Positions 27,575 to 37,116 of a DNA stretch of 64,000 bases are shown piece after piece. Positions within the stretch are counted from its first letter, which is position 1. The number at the start of each line of letters is the position of its first letter. Source of the stretch: Longimicrobiales bacterium. GTDB taxonomy: Bacteria > Gemmatimonadota > Gemmatimonadetes > Longimicrobiales > Gaopeijiaceae. The DNA lies in contig CBDFIQ010000002.1 in the NCBI GenBank assembly GCA_965248195.1, positions 2,560,001-2,624,000 of the forward strand, in the 5' to 3' direction. The position numbers were made by a program, and so were the translations under genes. Below the pieces are notes generated by a model. The model had not been told where the DNA came from. It did not search any database and worked only from the letters and a program-made list of their open reading frames with translations.

Positions 27575-28968
27575 CGTGCTCCGCTCGCCGCGAGGGCCCT
27601 CAGCATCGGCTCGAACTTGATGCTCGTTTCGTCCCATTCGAGGCCGGGATCCGAGCCCTCCACGATTCCAGCCCCGGCAAAAAGCCTCCACCGTAGGTCC
27701 CGGACGACGGCACAACGAAGCGCCGGTACGAACACACCATTCCCGTCCAGATCGAACCATCCCACCGGACCCGCGTACCAACCGCGCTCGAAAGGCTCCG
27801 CCTCTTCGAGAAACTCGAAGGCGGCGTCCCGAGGAAGGCCGCACACGGCGGGGGTCGGGTGGAGCGCATCGAGCACCGTGAGCGCCGATGTACCCTCAGG
27901 AAGCCGAGCCCGGATCTCCGTCTCGAGGTGCTGGAGGCGGGCCAGAGTGAGCACGTGGGGCTCCGGCTGAGCATTAATCTCATCCGCCAGCGGGCCCAGC
28001 CGGGCAACCATGTCATCGAGTGCGATGCGGTGCTCGACGCCCTCCTTCTCGCTGGCCAGAAGCCGCTCCGCAAACCGCGCCTGCTCGCTCGCCGTCTCCC
28101 CGTGCGGTACCGTCCCGGCGACCGCGGTCGCATGGAACCGGCCTCCGGACACGGTCGTCACAGTCTCGGGGGCGGCGCCGAGAAGCGCGCAGCCGTCCTC
28201 CGGTTCGAAGTAGAACACGTGACTGCCGCGGTTTCCCGTCCATAGATGCCGGACGACCTCGATCGGATCCAAGCGACTCTCCGTGATCACGTCTAAGGTA
28301 CGGGCGAGAACAACCTTTGAGACTCGGCCCTCGTCGATCGCCGCCAGGGCATCCCTCACGGCGGCGTCCCAGCCGCTGCGCTCGGATTCAGCCCGGGTGA
28401 ACGGAACCCGAGTTGAGGACGCCCCCGTGGATCCCTCGGAAACCCCACACCCATCCCCGGCCGCCTCGAGCTCCTGGCAAAGTCGCCCCGCGTGTGTCAG
28501 GAGACGGGTCAGGGTGGATTCGGCTCCGTCGCGCTCCGGATCGACGAGCACCCGCACGGTCAGGACAGGATCCTCCCCTGCAACGCTCTGGAGCTCCAAC
28601 GCCGGGACGTGGAAGAGAGCCGGTGGGAATCCAGCCCAAATGTCTGTCGTCGCGTACTCGGGGCGAAACGCGAATCCACCATAAAACCTCACTCTCGGAG
28701 CGTCGCCCACGCCCTGAACGGAGCCGGGTGCAAAGAGGTCAAGAGCGTTCGCTTCGATCCCGGCGAAAGAGCCCTCCGGGCGAGTCCCTTCGGTGCTCAC
28801 GGTCGCCAGAGCCCCGGAATGGGCGATCCAGCGATCGGACCGCGCCCAGAAACCCCGAGGACCACCGCCGGCACGCCGTAGAAAACGCATGGGATCAGCC
28901 CCGACGGCCGGCGCCGTCACAGCCAGCACTCGTGCCTGTGCAATCGCCAGGGTGTTCGCCGGATTCAT
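27571..28968 (-). CDS. menF: Isochorismate synthase
   Basis: KVVLAR, AVAGT, LHPTPAVCG and ERGWYAGPVGW motifs. Confidence 0.92.
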   Translation of the reverse strand: MNPANTLAIAQARVLAVTAPAVGADPMRFLRRAGGGPRGFWARSDRWIAHSGALATVSTEGTRPEGSFAGIEANALDLFAPGSVQGVGDAPRVRFYGGFAFRPEYATTDIWAGFPPALFHVPALELQSVAGEDPVLTVRVLVDPERDGAESTLTRLLTHAGRLCQELEAAGDGCGVSEGSTGASSTRVPFTRAESERSGWDAAVRDALAAIDEGRVSKVVLARTLDVITESRLDPIEVVRHLWTGNRGSHVFYFEPEDGCALLGAAPETVTTVSGGRFHATAVAGTVPHGETASEQARFAERLLASEKEGVEHRIALDDMVARLGPLADEINAQPEPHVLTLARLQHLETEIRARLPEGTSALTVLDALHPTPAVCGLPRDAAFEFLEEAEPFERGWYAGPVGWFDLDGNGVFVPALRCAVVRDLRWRLFAGAGIVEGSDPGLEWDETSIKFEPMLRALAASGAR

Positions 28969-29312
28969 GGCTCCGAGGTTTCGGACAGGCGGGCAGCCTC
29001 CGGGTTCTTCGGGGGCCCACGCCAACGTTCTTACGCAGAGCCAATATACGGAAATAAGGCTGATGACCAAGGAGGATCCCTCAACAGCGCCTCTGAAAGA
29101 TCACCGGTGCCCGCAGGGCATCTCCGGGGCCTCCCGGAGGCGGTGCCTTTACCGAATGGCTTGCGCCACCGCCGGCTCCCCTATTAACGAGGTGAAGCTG
29201 GATTCGGTCTCGAGTAATCGTTCTTCCCGCTGCTGGGTATCAGGCTGGTGTTGGTTCTCAGGCTCACGAGTGTTGGTCAATGGTCGAAGTAACCTCACCG
29301 GAAGCAGTCCGG

Positions 29313-30302
29313 ATGTCCGCCGTGGCGGTCCTTGCACTTGCCCTTCTCGCACCGCTCCAGTTGAAGGGCCAGGTTCCTCTTCAGCCCACGCAGGAGCCGG
29401 AGGACACCGTGCTGGTGCCGGTCGGACCGCTGCAGCCGGATATCTACGTAGCCGACCTCTCGGTCCTCGACGGTCGGTATTACCTAGGCCCTCTTCAGAA
29501 CATCACGAACCGGACGTACTCCTACGACAACCAACCGGCGTTCACGCCGGACAGTCGCTCACTCCTGTACACCACAGAGTATGGCTATGGAGGCCGGGTC
29601 CAGACCGAAATCAACCGCTATTACCTCTCCTCCAGACGCGAGACCCGGATCACACGCACGGAGCAAAGCGAGTATTCACCCACACCCGTTCCGGGAGATC
29701 GAGCCTTTTCGACCATACGCGTCGAGGCCGACTCCACCCAGCGCATTTGGCGTTTTACGATGCAGGGCATGGACGGCGAAGTGTTGCTCCGCAATCTGAG
29801 CACCGTCGGATACCACGCCTGGGGCAATGAGACGACCCTACTCCTCTACCTGTTGGGTAGCCCTCCCACCGCCCGGATCGCCGATCTCACAACCGGGCAG
29901 AGCGAAGTTGTGGCCAGAGGAGTGGGACGCTCCCTGCAAAAGATTCCCAATCGGAACGCGTGGAGCTTTGTCGAGAGGATCTCAGCCGACGTGGGGTGGA
30001 TCAGCGAACTCAACATCGGGACCCACCAAATCCGCCGACTTATCCCGACCGTGGGAGGAGGCGAGTTCCACGCCTGGACGCCGGAGGGCGTGCTACTCAT
30101 GGCCATCGGCAGCCGGATCCATCAATGGGATCCCGAGCTGGACGCGGATTGGCGCCCCGTCGCGGACGTGGAGAATATGGGGATCACCGTCAGCCGCATC
30201 ACCGTGAGTCCGGACGGATCCAAGATCGCGATCGTGGGGCACCCGTTGCCGGAGATCGAGCCCGAGGTCGAGCTGCAGGTCGTGCCGCAGCGCGTGCCGT
30301 AG
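29313..30302 (+). CDS. Exported TolB-like (PD40) beta-propeller protein
   Basis: Signal peptide; YDNQPAFTPD, SEYSP and VSPDG repeats. Confidence 0.75.
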   Translation: MSAVAVLALALLAPLQLKGQVPLQPTQEPEDTVLVPVGPLQPDIYVADLSVLDGRYYLGPLQNITNRTYSYDNQPAFTPDSRSLLYTTEYGYGGRVQTEINRYYLSSRRETRITRTEQSEYSPTPVPGDRAFSTIRVEADSTQRIWRFTMQGMDGEVLLRNLSTVGYHAWGNETTLLLYLLGSPPTARIADLTTGQSEVVARGVGRSLQKIPNRNAWSFVERISADVGWISELNIGTHQIRRLIPTVGGGEFHAWTPEGVLLMAIGSRIHQWDPELDADWRPVADVENMGITVSRITVSPDGSKIAIVGHPLPEIEPEVELQVVPQRVP

Positions 30303-30435
30303 GGCAGAATGTTTTCGCGGTAGGCCTCAGGCTCGCGCCCTACGCCGGCGGTCACCATCTTGGGCGCGTGGCAGAATCACAAGACGTCATGCAGCCGGTG
30401 ATTTGCTCAACAAACATTTCTCCCTGGGGTGCGAC

Positions 30436-31584
30436 ATGGGCCATACGTGGATTTGTGCGGTGACACTGGGCTTCCTGGTGATGCCGCTTTCCGGGCAGGA
30501 CCTGGATGCTACGGCCGGGCTGATGAAGAATCTGACCGAAGCGCCGGGTCCTTCGGGCTTCGAGGCGGCGGTCAGGGAGATCGTCGTGCGCGAGTTCGAG
30601 GACCTGGACTTGGACCTTCAATTCGATGGCCTCGGGTCCGTACTCGCGAACGGGAATTATTCGGCGGGCGGGCCCAGAGTCATGGTGACGGCACACCTCG
30701 ATGAAGTCGGCCTCATGGTGCAGCACATCACACCCGACGGCTTCATCCGCGTGAAGACGCTTGGAGGATGGCTTCGGCAAGCGCTACCCGATCAGCGGTG
30801 GACCGTACTGGGCCGCGAGGGTCCGGTGACGGGAATAAGCGGGATCCGGACCATCCATGTGACTCCCGGCTCCCAACGGGATCGGGTCTGGTCCCTCGAG
30901 GAGACGTTTCTCGACGTGGGCGCAACGTCGGCGGTTGAGGTGGAGGCAATGGGCGTGAGGCCGGGGGACGGTATCGCGCCCCAAAGTGCCTTTACGATCC
31001 TTCCTAATGGGCGGTACGCGGCGAAGGCTTGGGATGATCGGGTTGGACTCGCCGTAATGCTGGTTGCCGCACGGCGAATCAGGGACGAGGGTATCCGGAT
31101 CCCTGCGGCGGTCGTCTGGGTTGCCACGACCCAGGAAGAAATCGGACTGTGGGGAGCACAGACTTCGGTCGCACTCGCCGCCCCGGATATCGGAATCTCC
31201 ATAGAGGCCGGGGTCGCGGCGGACTTTCCGGGGATGAGCCCCACCCAGGCTCAGGAGCGTTTGGGCGGAGGTCCTGGAATTTTCCTCTTGGACAGCTCCA
31301 TGATCCCGAACCGGAAATTCAGCGACCTTTTCTTTGATGTTGCGAGGGGGGTGGGTATTACGCTGCAACCGGACGTCCTCACCGGTTACGGAGAGGACGG
31401 GGCGGAAATCCAGCGTTTCGATACGGGGCGCCCCACGGTCAACCTCACCGTCCCAACCCGTTACCTCCATGCGCACACGGGTATTATTCAGCGATCCGAC
31501 TTCGACCAGACCGTGGAGCTACTCATTCAAGTGCTCCGCCGCCTCGATCGCCAGACCGTTGGCGAGGTCGCGAGTTTCCGCTAG
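30436..31584 (+). CDS. M42 family aminopeptidase
   Basis: GPSGFE, AHLDEVG, KAWDDR, QEEIG and RYLH motifs. Confidence 0.9.
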   Translation: MGHTWICAVTLGFLVMPLSGQDLDATAGLMKNLTEAPGPSGFEAAVREIVVREFEDLDLDLQFDGLGSVLANGNYSAGGPRVMVTAHLDEVGLMVQHITPDGFIRVKTLGGWLRQALPDQRWTVLGREGPVTGISGIRTIHVTPGSQRDRVWSLEETFLDVGATSAVEVEAMGVRPGDGIAPQSAFTILPNGRYAAKAWDDRVGLAVMLVAARRIRDEGIRIPAAVVWVATTQEEIGLWGAQTSVALAAPDIGISIEAGVAADFPGMSPTQAQERLGGGPGIFLLDSSMIPNRKFSDLFFDVARGVGITLQPDVLTGYGEDGAEIQRFDTGRPTVNLTVPTRYLHAHTGIIQRSDFDQTVELLIQVLRRLDRQTVGEVASFR

Positions 31585-31789
31585 TGACGATCGAGCTGAA
31601 TGAGACCCGCAAAGAGCAGCTTATCGGTCAGCTACAGGCGTTCTTCCTCGAACAGTTCGACGAAGAGTTGTTGGTTCGTTAGATCGCCTGGAGGCGGTGG
31701 GGCTTCGCAAAAGGCTCCTAGATGGCATTCCTGGCCTCACGGGACCACATTGCCTATGCGATGATCGTTCCGGTTTCGGGGAGGCAGCC

Positions 31790-32221
31790 ATGAAGATCGA
31801 GGAGATTCTTCGCAGGAAGGGCCATGACGTGGTCACGATCACGGAATCCCGAAGTGTCCTTGCCGCCGCCCAGGCTCTCGTAGAACACAATATTGGCGGA
31901 CTGGTGGTCACCGAGGGCGAACGGCCGACGGGCATCCTGACTGAGCGCGACATCTTGCGGGTCACTGCCCGATCCCCAGGCGAGCTCGACTCGATCCAGG
32001 TCGGCGCCGTGATGACGCGGGAGTTGATCACGGCCAGGCCACAGGATCAGCTCACCAAGATGATGGACGTGATGACCCAGAATAAGATCCGTCACCTTCC
32101 GATTATGGAAGGAGATCGACTCATCGGGATCATCTCCATCGGCGACCTCGTGAATGCGTGCCGGGTCTTGGCGGAGGAGGAGAATTCCCAACTTCGGCAG
32201 TACATCCACGGAGCTGGCTGA
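31790..32221 (+). CDS. CBS-domain protein
   Basis: GILTERD, IRHLP and ISIGDLV motifs. Confidence 0.9.
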   Translation: MKIEEILRRKGHDVVTITESRSVLAAAQALVEHNIGGLVVTEGERPTGILTERDILRVTARSPGELDSIQVGAVMTRELITARPQDQLTKMMDVMTQNKIRHLPIMEGDRLIGIISIGDLVNACRVLAEEENSQLRQYIHGAG

Positions 32222-32266
32222 TGCGAAAAATGTCGGCTGGACGGAGGTAACGAAATACGTGCGCTC

Positions 32267-33112
32267 GTGCTGTTCTTGTTCCTGCTGGCAGGCTGTGCGA
32301 CAGCTACGCGGGCTCCGGGCACGCGCGAGGATTTGAACTGTGCATGGCGGGTGTGCATCACGTCCATAAACACACCCTCGGGTAGAGCTTATCGGGGTGT
32401 GAATGAGGAACCCGTACCAGCCACGGTCGTGCTGACCTTCCGGTCCCCGGGAAACCTACGCCCCAGGGCTAATCTTCCCATCGAGCGAGTGCTTCCCCCG
32501 GAATCGAGCAGGATCCTGGTTCGCCTGCGCTCGATCGTTCAAAATGAGTCGGTCCGCCCCAGGGTTACGATTGCGATCGACCTCGGCTCGAGCACCACTG
32601 AGCCGGACGCCGATCACCTTTACGCGGTACCGTTCGGCGGCGACGCTCGGCGTGAGCTGACTCAAGGCTTCGACGGAGCCGATTCGCACTTGGCCAGCAT
32701 GCGCTACTCCCTGGACTTCACGATGCCGGAGGGTACGCCGGTCCTTGCGGCCCGAGCGGGAACCGTGCTCTACCTGCAAGACGGCTTTACGGAAGGCCGG
32801 GCGGACCCGGACCTTCTAGAACAGGCCAACCTCGTGGTGGTGGCCCATAGCGACGGTACCATGGCCTCGTATGGTCACCTCACGTCCGGAATTCCAGTGT
32901 CGCTCGGCGACATCGTTGACGAAGGGGATGTGCTGGGCTCGAGCGGCGCAACCGGCTTCGCAGGCCAACCGCATCTCCATTTTCACGTGGGTCTACGGAT
33001 GCTGGGCACCCCGGGACGTACCATTCCGATCAAGCTGAGAGGCCGGGAAGGGGGCATCCTCGATCTCGCCGTTGGATCCTTGATCGAACCTGCTCGGCGG
33101 ATGGCGCGATAG
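32267..33112 (+). CDS. M23 family metallopeptidase, probable lipoprotein
   Basis: LAGC lipobox; PEGTPVLAARAG, YGHL and PHLHF motifs. Confidence 0.85.
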   Translation: MLFLFLLAGCATATRAPGTREDLNCAWRVCITSINTPSGRAYRGVNEEPVPATVVLTFRSPGNLRPRANLPIERVLPPESSRILVRLRSIVQNESVRPRVTIAIDLGSSTTEPDADHLYAVPFGGDARRELTQGFDGADSHLASMRYSLDFTMPEGTPVLAARAGTVLYLQDGFTEGRADPDLLEQANLVVVAHSDGTMASYGHLTSGIPVSLGDIVDEGDVLGSSGATGFAGQPHLHFHVGLRMLGTPGRTIPIKLRGREGGILDLAVGSLIEPARRMAR

Positions 33113-33154
33113 AATGGGCGCGCGCCCGGTCACACGCCATGAGGAGGACTCTGC

Positions 33155-33622
33155 ATGAGTGCCCTGGACGAACTAGCCGAGTGTTCGGGCAGGTGGAGGG
33201 GGACCAGTCGCCTTAGAGATCCAAGCATGGATGTCCTGGACGACTCCCCATCCACCGCCGAGTTGACTCCGGTCCTAGACGGTAGGTTCATTCGCTTGGA
33301 TTACACGTGGGCCTATCAGGGCGCTGCGCAGGAAGGGTCACTACTCGTTGGATACGAATCGGGGCCGGCGGTGGTCACGGCTCATTGGGTCGATACCTGG
33401 CATATGGGTGAGGCGGTGATGTCATGCCACGGTATCGCGGAGAACGACGGCTCCATCACGGTCCGTGGGACCTATTCCGCGCCTCCCGGCCCGGATTGGG
33501 GCTGGCGAATCGTTCTACAGCCCCGCGATGGTACGGCCCTTCGCCTCGTCATGTACAACATCAGCCCCGACGACGACGAGGAGTTGGCTGTCGAGGCCGA
33601 CTACACGCGAACAGAAGGCTGA
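33155..33622 (+). CDS. DUF1579-like protein
   Basis: WVDTWHM and PDWGWRI motifs; SD AGGAGG. Confidence 0.65.
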   Translation: MSALDELAECSGRWRGTSRLRDPSMDVLDDSPSTAELTPVLDGRFIRLDYTWAYQGAAQEGSLLVGYESGPAVVTAHWVDTWHMGEAVMSCHGIAENDGSITVRGTYSAPPGPDWGWRIVLQPRDGTALRLVMYNISPDDDEELAVEADYTRTEG

Positions 33623-33650
33623 ATCGACCAGGCCCTGCCCTACCCCGCCC

Positions 33651-33971
33651 CTACCCGAGCTTCACGGCCGTCCCTGCGGTCGTGACCATCAGCATACTGC
33701 CGGACCTGCCGAGCACTTCGTAGTCGAGGTCGACGCCGACCACGGCGTCCGCGCCCAGGCTCTCAGCGTGGTGAGCCATCTCACGGAGGGCATCCTGGCG
33801 CGCGGTACGGAGCGCCTTCTCATAGGCACCGGCACGTCCCCCCACGACGTCGCGCACGGCCGCCAGGATGTCCTTCAGGATATTCGCCCCGATGATGGCC
33901 TCACCGGTCACGATGCCCATGTAATCTAGAATGGGCTTACCCTCGATCGAGGGGGTGGTGGTCAAGAACAT
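33651..33971 (-). CDS. YbjQ/UPF0145 heavy-metal-binding family protein
   Basis: [15 protein letters not shown] and [11 protein letters not shown] motifs. Confidence 0.92.
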   Translation of the reverse strand: MFLTTTPSIEGKPILDYMGIVTGEAIIGANILKDILAAVRDVVGGRAGAYEKALRTARQDALREMAHHAESLGADAVVGVDLDYEVLGRSGSMLMVTTAGTAVKLG

Positions 33972-34211
33972 CTCGCCTCCCTTTTATGGGGTTCGTTGCG
34001 TGCACTTCGACAGGATTCCGGTGACCGGCGCCGCCGTCACCAGGGTTACGGAGGTGGGTAGAATCGTCTTCCGCGAGAGGGCCTCCACGGGACGGGAGCG
34101 CCGTTCCTAAAGGGTATAATTTTGATCGTCTCGAGACCGGCCGGTTGTAACATAGAATAGGGGCGACAGCGGAGGGCGGGTCCCCTCGCGCTCCTTCGCG
34201 CTCACAAGCGG

Positions 34212-34811
34212 TTGGATGATTTTCACTCAAGGGCAGGACGGTGGCTGGTGAAGAACAAGCTCGGTGTGGCCCTTTTGGCACTCGCCATCGTGGTGGCGTG
34301 GCGTATTCCCGCGCGTGAGGAAGCGCCGATAAGCGCGGGTACGTACTTGGTGTATGACAACGCCGGGACGCGGATGCGACTGACGTTTTCACCAGCAGAC
34401 GGCGACCGATTCGACACCAACGTCTCCTACTTGAACGACGACGGGACGCACCCATCGGCCCCAGCAAGGTCTACCCCAAGCATCGTCGTCGATTCGCGCA
34501 TGCGAACCGCCAACGGTGTGGTCTTCGAATTGGGCTCTCTGGGACCGCTGTGGGTGCCACCGAGCGAAGTACGCGAGGGCGGTAGCGCACACGGTACGCG
34601 AGTGACCGGGGTTCGAAGGTGGGGAAACTGGGAGGTCGGCGTGGTGACGGCCAGCGCCGGGCTCGGCGGAGCCCTTCGTGGCGAGTGGTACTACGACACG
34701 CGGACAGGCTTCCTGGTCGGAGGTACGAAGAGCACGGCGCTATCGCTCCCCGGCGAAGTGCGGGTGTTCACTCTAACCGACAGCAACCTCCCCGACCTCG
34801 GTATCCGCTAG
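34212..34811 (+). CDS. Hypothetical exported protein
   Basis: N-terminal hydrophobic segment, beta-rich; start uncertain. Confidence 0.55.
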   Translation: MDDFHSRAGRWLVKNKLGVALLALAIVVAWRIPAREEAPISAGTYLVYDNAGTRMRLTFSPADGDRFDTNVSYLNDDGTHPSAPARSTPSIVVDSRMRTANGVVFELGSLGPLWVPPSEVREGGSAHGTRVTGVRRWGNWEVGVVTASAGLGGALRGEWYYDTRTGFLVGGTKSTALSLPGEVRVFTLTDSNLPDLGIR

Positions 34812-35149
34812 GGCCGATGCTTGGGGGGGGACCTTAGGACTACGGCCTATCGTTACTGGACGATAAAGGGCTCAACCGACTGGCGGACTTCTACCTGCAT
34901 CCTGGACCCGAACAGACCTCCGGCGATGTCCACCTGGTTGAAGCGGAAGACGCGGATCCATTGTTCTTCCCTGGCCGGGTTCGACGCGGCCGGAATGATC
35001 ACGGCACCCGTGTCCGGCAGCAGCACAGGCCCGTAGTCCTGCGTCTCTACCTCAGCGCTCCTGGCCTGGGAGGGCACGCTCCAGAGCACTGTCAGGGGCT
35101 CGTCCGCCGAGACCGTCGAGTTCACTGTAGGCTCGGTAATGGTATGGAC

Positions 35150-36525
35150 GGTAGTGTCCCTAGATTTGTGTAAAAGCGGATAAGCTGGACAGGAGGGAAA
35201 GAAAAACGGAAGCTCCTCTGTTGTTGTTCACTGTCACATGAACCCGGGAGTCCGGGTCTGCAGAGCAGGCTCGGAACCGGAGAGGAGCTTCCGATGCAAG
35301 AGATTGTGGAGATCGGTCGGGCCACGCAAGACGAGCTACGCGATGATTTGCGCGAGCTGTTTCAAGGCGCGATCCGGCTGACGCTCGAGATGGTGCTGGA
35401 AGAGGAGCTGAAGGCCATGGTAGGTGCACGCCGCTTCGAGCGGGTGGGAAGCCGGAAGGACCATAGGAACGGCACATACCTGAGGCGGCTGCTGACGAGC
35501 CTGGGGCAGATCGAGGTCGCCATGCCCCGGAGCCGGGACAACGGTTCGCCGGCCGACGTGATCGGCCGCTACCAGCGCAGGAGCCCCGAGCTCGACGAGA
35601 TGATGGTCGAGGCGTATGTGAGCGGCGTGTCACAGCGCAAGATGGGCGACGTCACCGAGGCGCTGATGGGCGAGCGTGTTGGGCGCTCGACGGTGAGTCG
35701 TGTGGCAAAACGGCTCGACGAGGCCGTGGAAGGGCTGCGCCGTGCGCCGATCGAGGGGCCTCACCCCTATCTGTACCTGGACGCCACGTTCTTGGACGCC
35801 CGCTGGGCCCGCAAAGTCGAGAACGTGAGTGCGCTCGTGGCGTATGCAGTGGGCCCTGAGGGTCACCGACGGCTCCTGGCCGTCACGCTGGGCGCTGAGG
35901 AGTCGCAGCAGAGCTGGTCGGAGCTCCTCGAGCAACTCCAGGACCGCGGCCTCGGCGGTGTCGAGCTCGTGATCGCCGATGAGCACGCAGGCCTGGCAGC
36001 TGCGGTCCGCCGCTTCCTGCCCGAGGCACGCCGTCAGAGGTGTACGGTCCATCTGCAGCGTAATGTGGGGGCGAGGGTCCCCCACCGCCTACGCAAGCGC
36101 GTGGCGCGTGAGGTCTCGGTGATCTTCCAGACATCCGGACTCGCCGAGGCGAAGAAGCTCCTGGGCGAGTTCGGCGCACGCTGGAAGAAGGAGCTGCCCG
36201 AGGCCGTGGAGGTCCTGGAGCGGGGCTTCGGGGCAGCGACGCAGTTCTACGCGTTCCCCGAGGCGCACTGGCCCCGGCTGCGTACCACCAACAGCCTCGA
36301 GCGGCTGCACGGCGAGATCAAACGCAGGATCAAGGCCGCCGGCGCCTTCCCGGACCGGGCCAGCGCCCTCAGGCTCATCACGGCCGTCGCACTCAGGACC
36401 ACACACGTCTGGGGCGACCGGCGTTACCTCGACCTCTCACTCCTCCAGAAACAGGAGGTCGCCCAAGCAGCCTAGCCGAAGGCGAGGAGCTTCCTCCGCT
36501 TTTACACACAAATCGGGACTTGACC
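35150..36525 (+). mobile_element. IS256-family insertion sequence, copy 2
   Basis: Appears identical to copy 1 (offset 33783); 8-bp target-site duplication GTATGGAC at 35142-35149 and 36526-36533. Confidence 0.96.
35294..36475 (+). CDS. IS256-family transposase
   Basis: Translation identical to 1511-2692. Confidence 0.95.
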   Translation: MQEIVEIGRATQDELRDDLRELFQGAIRLTLEMVLEEELKAMVGARRFERVGSRKDHRNGTYLRRLLTSLGQIEVAMPRSRDNGSPADVIGRYQRRSPELDEMMVEAYVSGVSQRKMGDVTEALMGERVGRSTVSRVAKRLDEAVEGLRRAPIEGPHPYLYLDATFLDARWARKVENVSALVAYAVGPEGHRRLLAVTLGAEESQQSWSELLEQLQDRGLGGVELVIADEHAGLAAAVRRFLPEARRQRCTVHLQRNVGARVPHRLRKRVAREVSVIFQTSGLAEAKKLLGEFGARWKKELPEAVEVLERGFGAATQFYAFPEAHWPRLRTTNSLERLHGEIKRRIKAAGAFPDRASALRLITAVALRTTHVWGDRRYLDLSLLQKQEVAQAA

Positions 36526-37116
36526 GTATGGACCCCCGGTCCACCCAGCACGACACCCGCCACTACATCCGTACCACTCACGACGCTGAGCTCGTAGTCG
36601 CCCTCATGGAACGCATTACGTTCGGCTTCGTAATCGCCTTCGCCACCATCTTGGAGGAGCGTCACTACTCCGAAACCGGCGTTGCTAATCGTGACGATAG
36701 CTCCGGATACATCCTCGCCGAATCCATCCCGTACACGAACCCTGAACTCCGTGATGAAACCGCCATCCACGTCGAAGGCATCGACATCCGCCCGGATCTC
36801 CAACGTTCCGGTCCCGGTTCCGGCGTCATTCCGCTCGATCGCAGGGTCGGTCAGGCTGTCGCCACAGGCTGCGAAAAGGATCGCGACGCTTATTCCCACG
36901 AGGGCAATCATCTTGACTTTCATGTTTCCAACTCTCCCTTACATCTGTCTTGAAACCACGTCTTATGACAAGCCCTCCTAATGGCTGCAACAATCGAGCC
37001 AAGGCATCGTGGGGGCTCCCCTTGCCCGCTTCGTTTCTCACCCCCTCGTGTCGAACTATGCGGGTTGGCGGGTATGGGCGGGGCCGGTCCGGGGTTCCCG
37101 CTGGCGTTGGGCGGAA

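Larger units (their letters stand above)
34853..36923 (-). pseudogene. Lipoprotein gene split by IS256 copy 2
   Basis: Joining 36923-36526 to 35141-34853 restores an in-frame 228-aa protein with lipobox LFAAC (...GGPGVHT/ITEPTVNST...). Confidence 0.85.

Noticed and set aside
35111..35124. 14-bp match GACCGTCGAGTTCA to the copy-1 right junction (2739-2752)
   Set aside because: It lies in in-frame lipoprotein coding sequence and not at a junction; most likely chance
1367..36525. Composite transposon bounded by the two IS256 copies
   Set aside because: The outer flanks do not match (CACCACTT vs GTATGGAC), copy 2 has its own duplication, and the interval holds housekeeping genes
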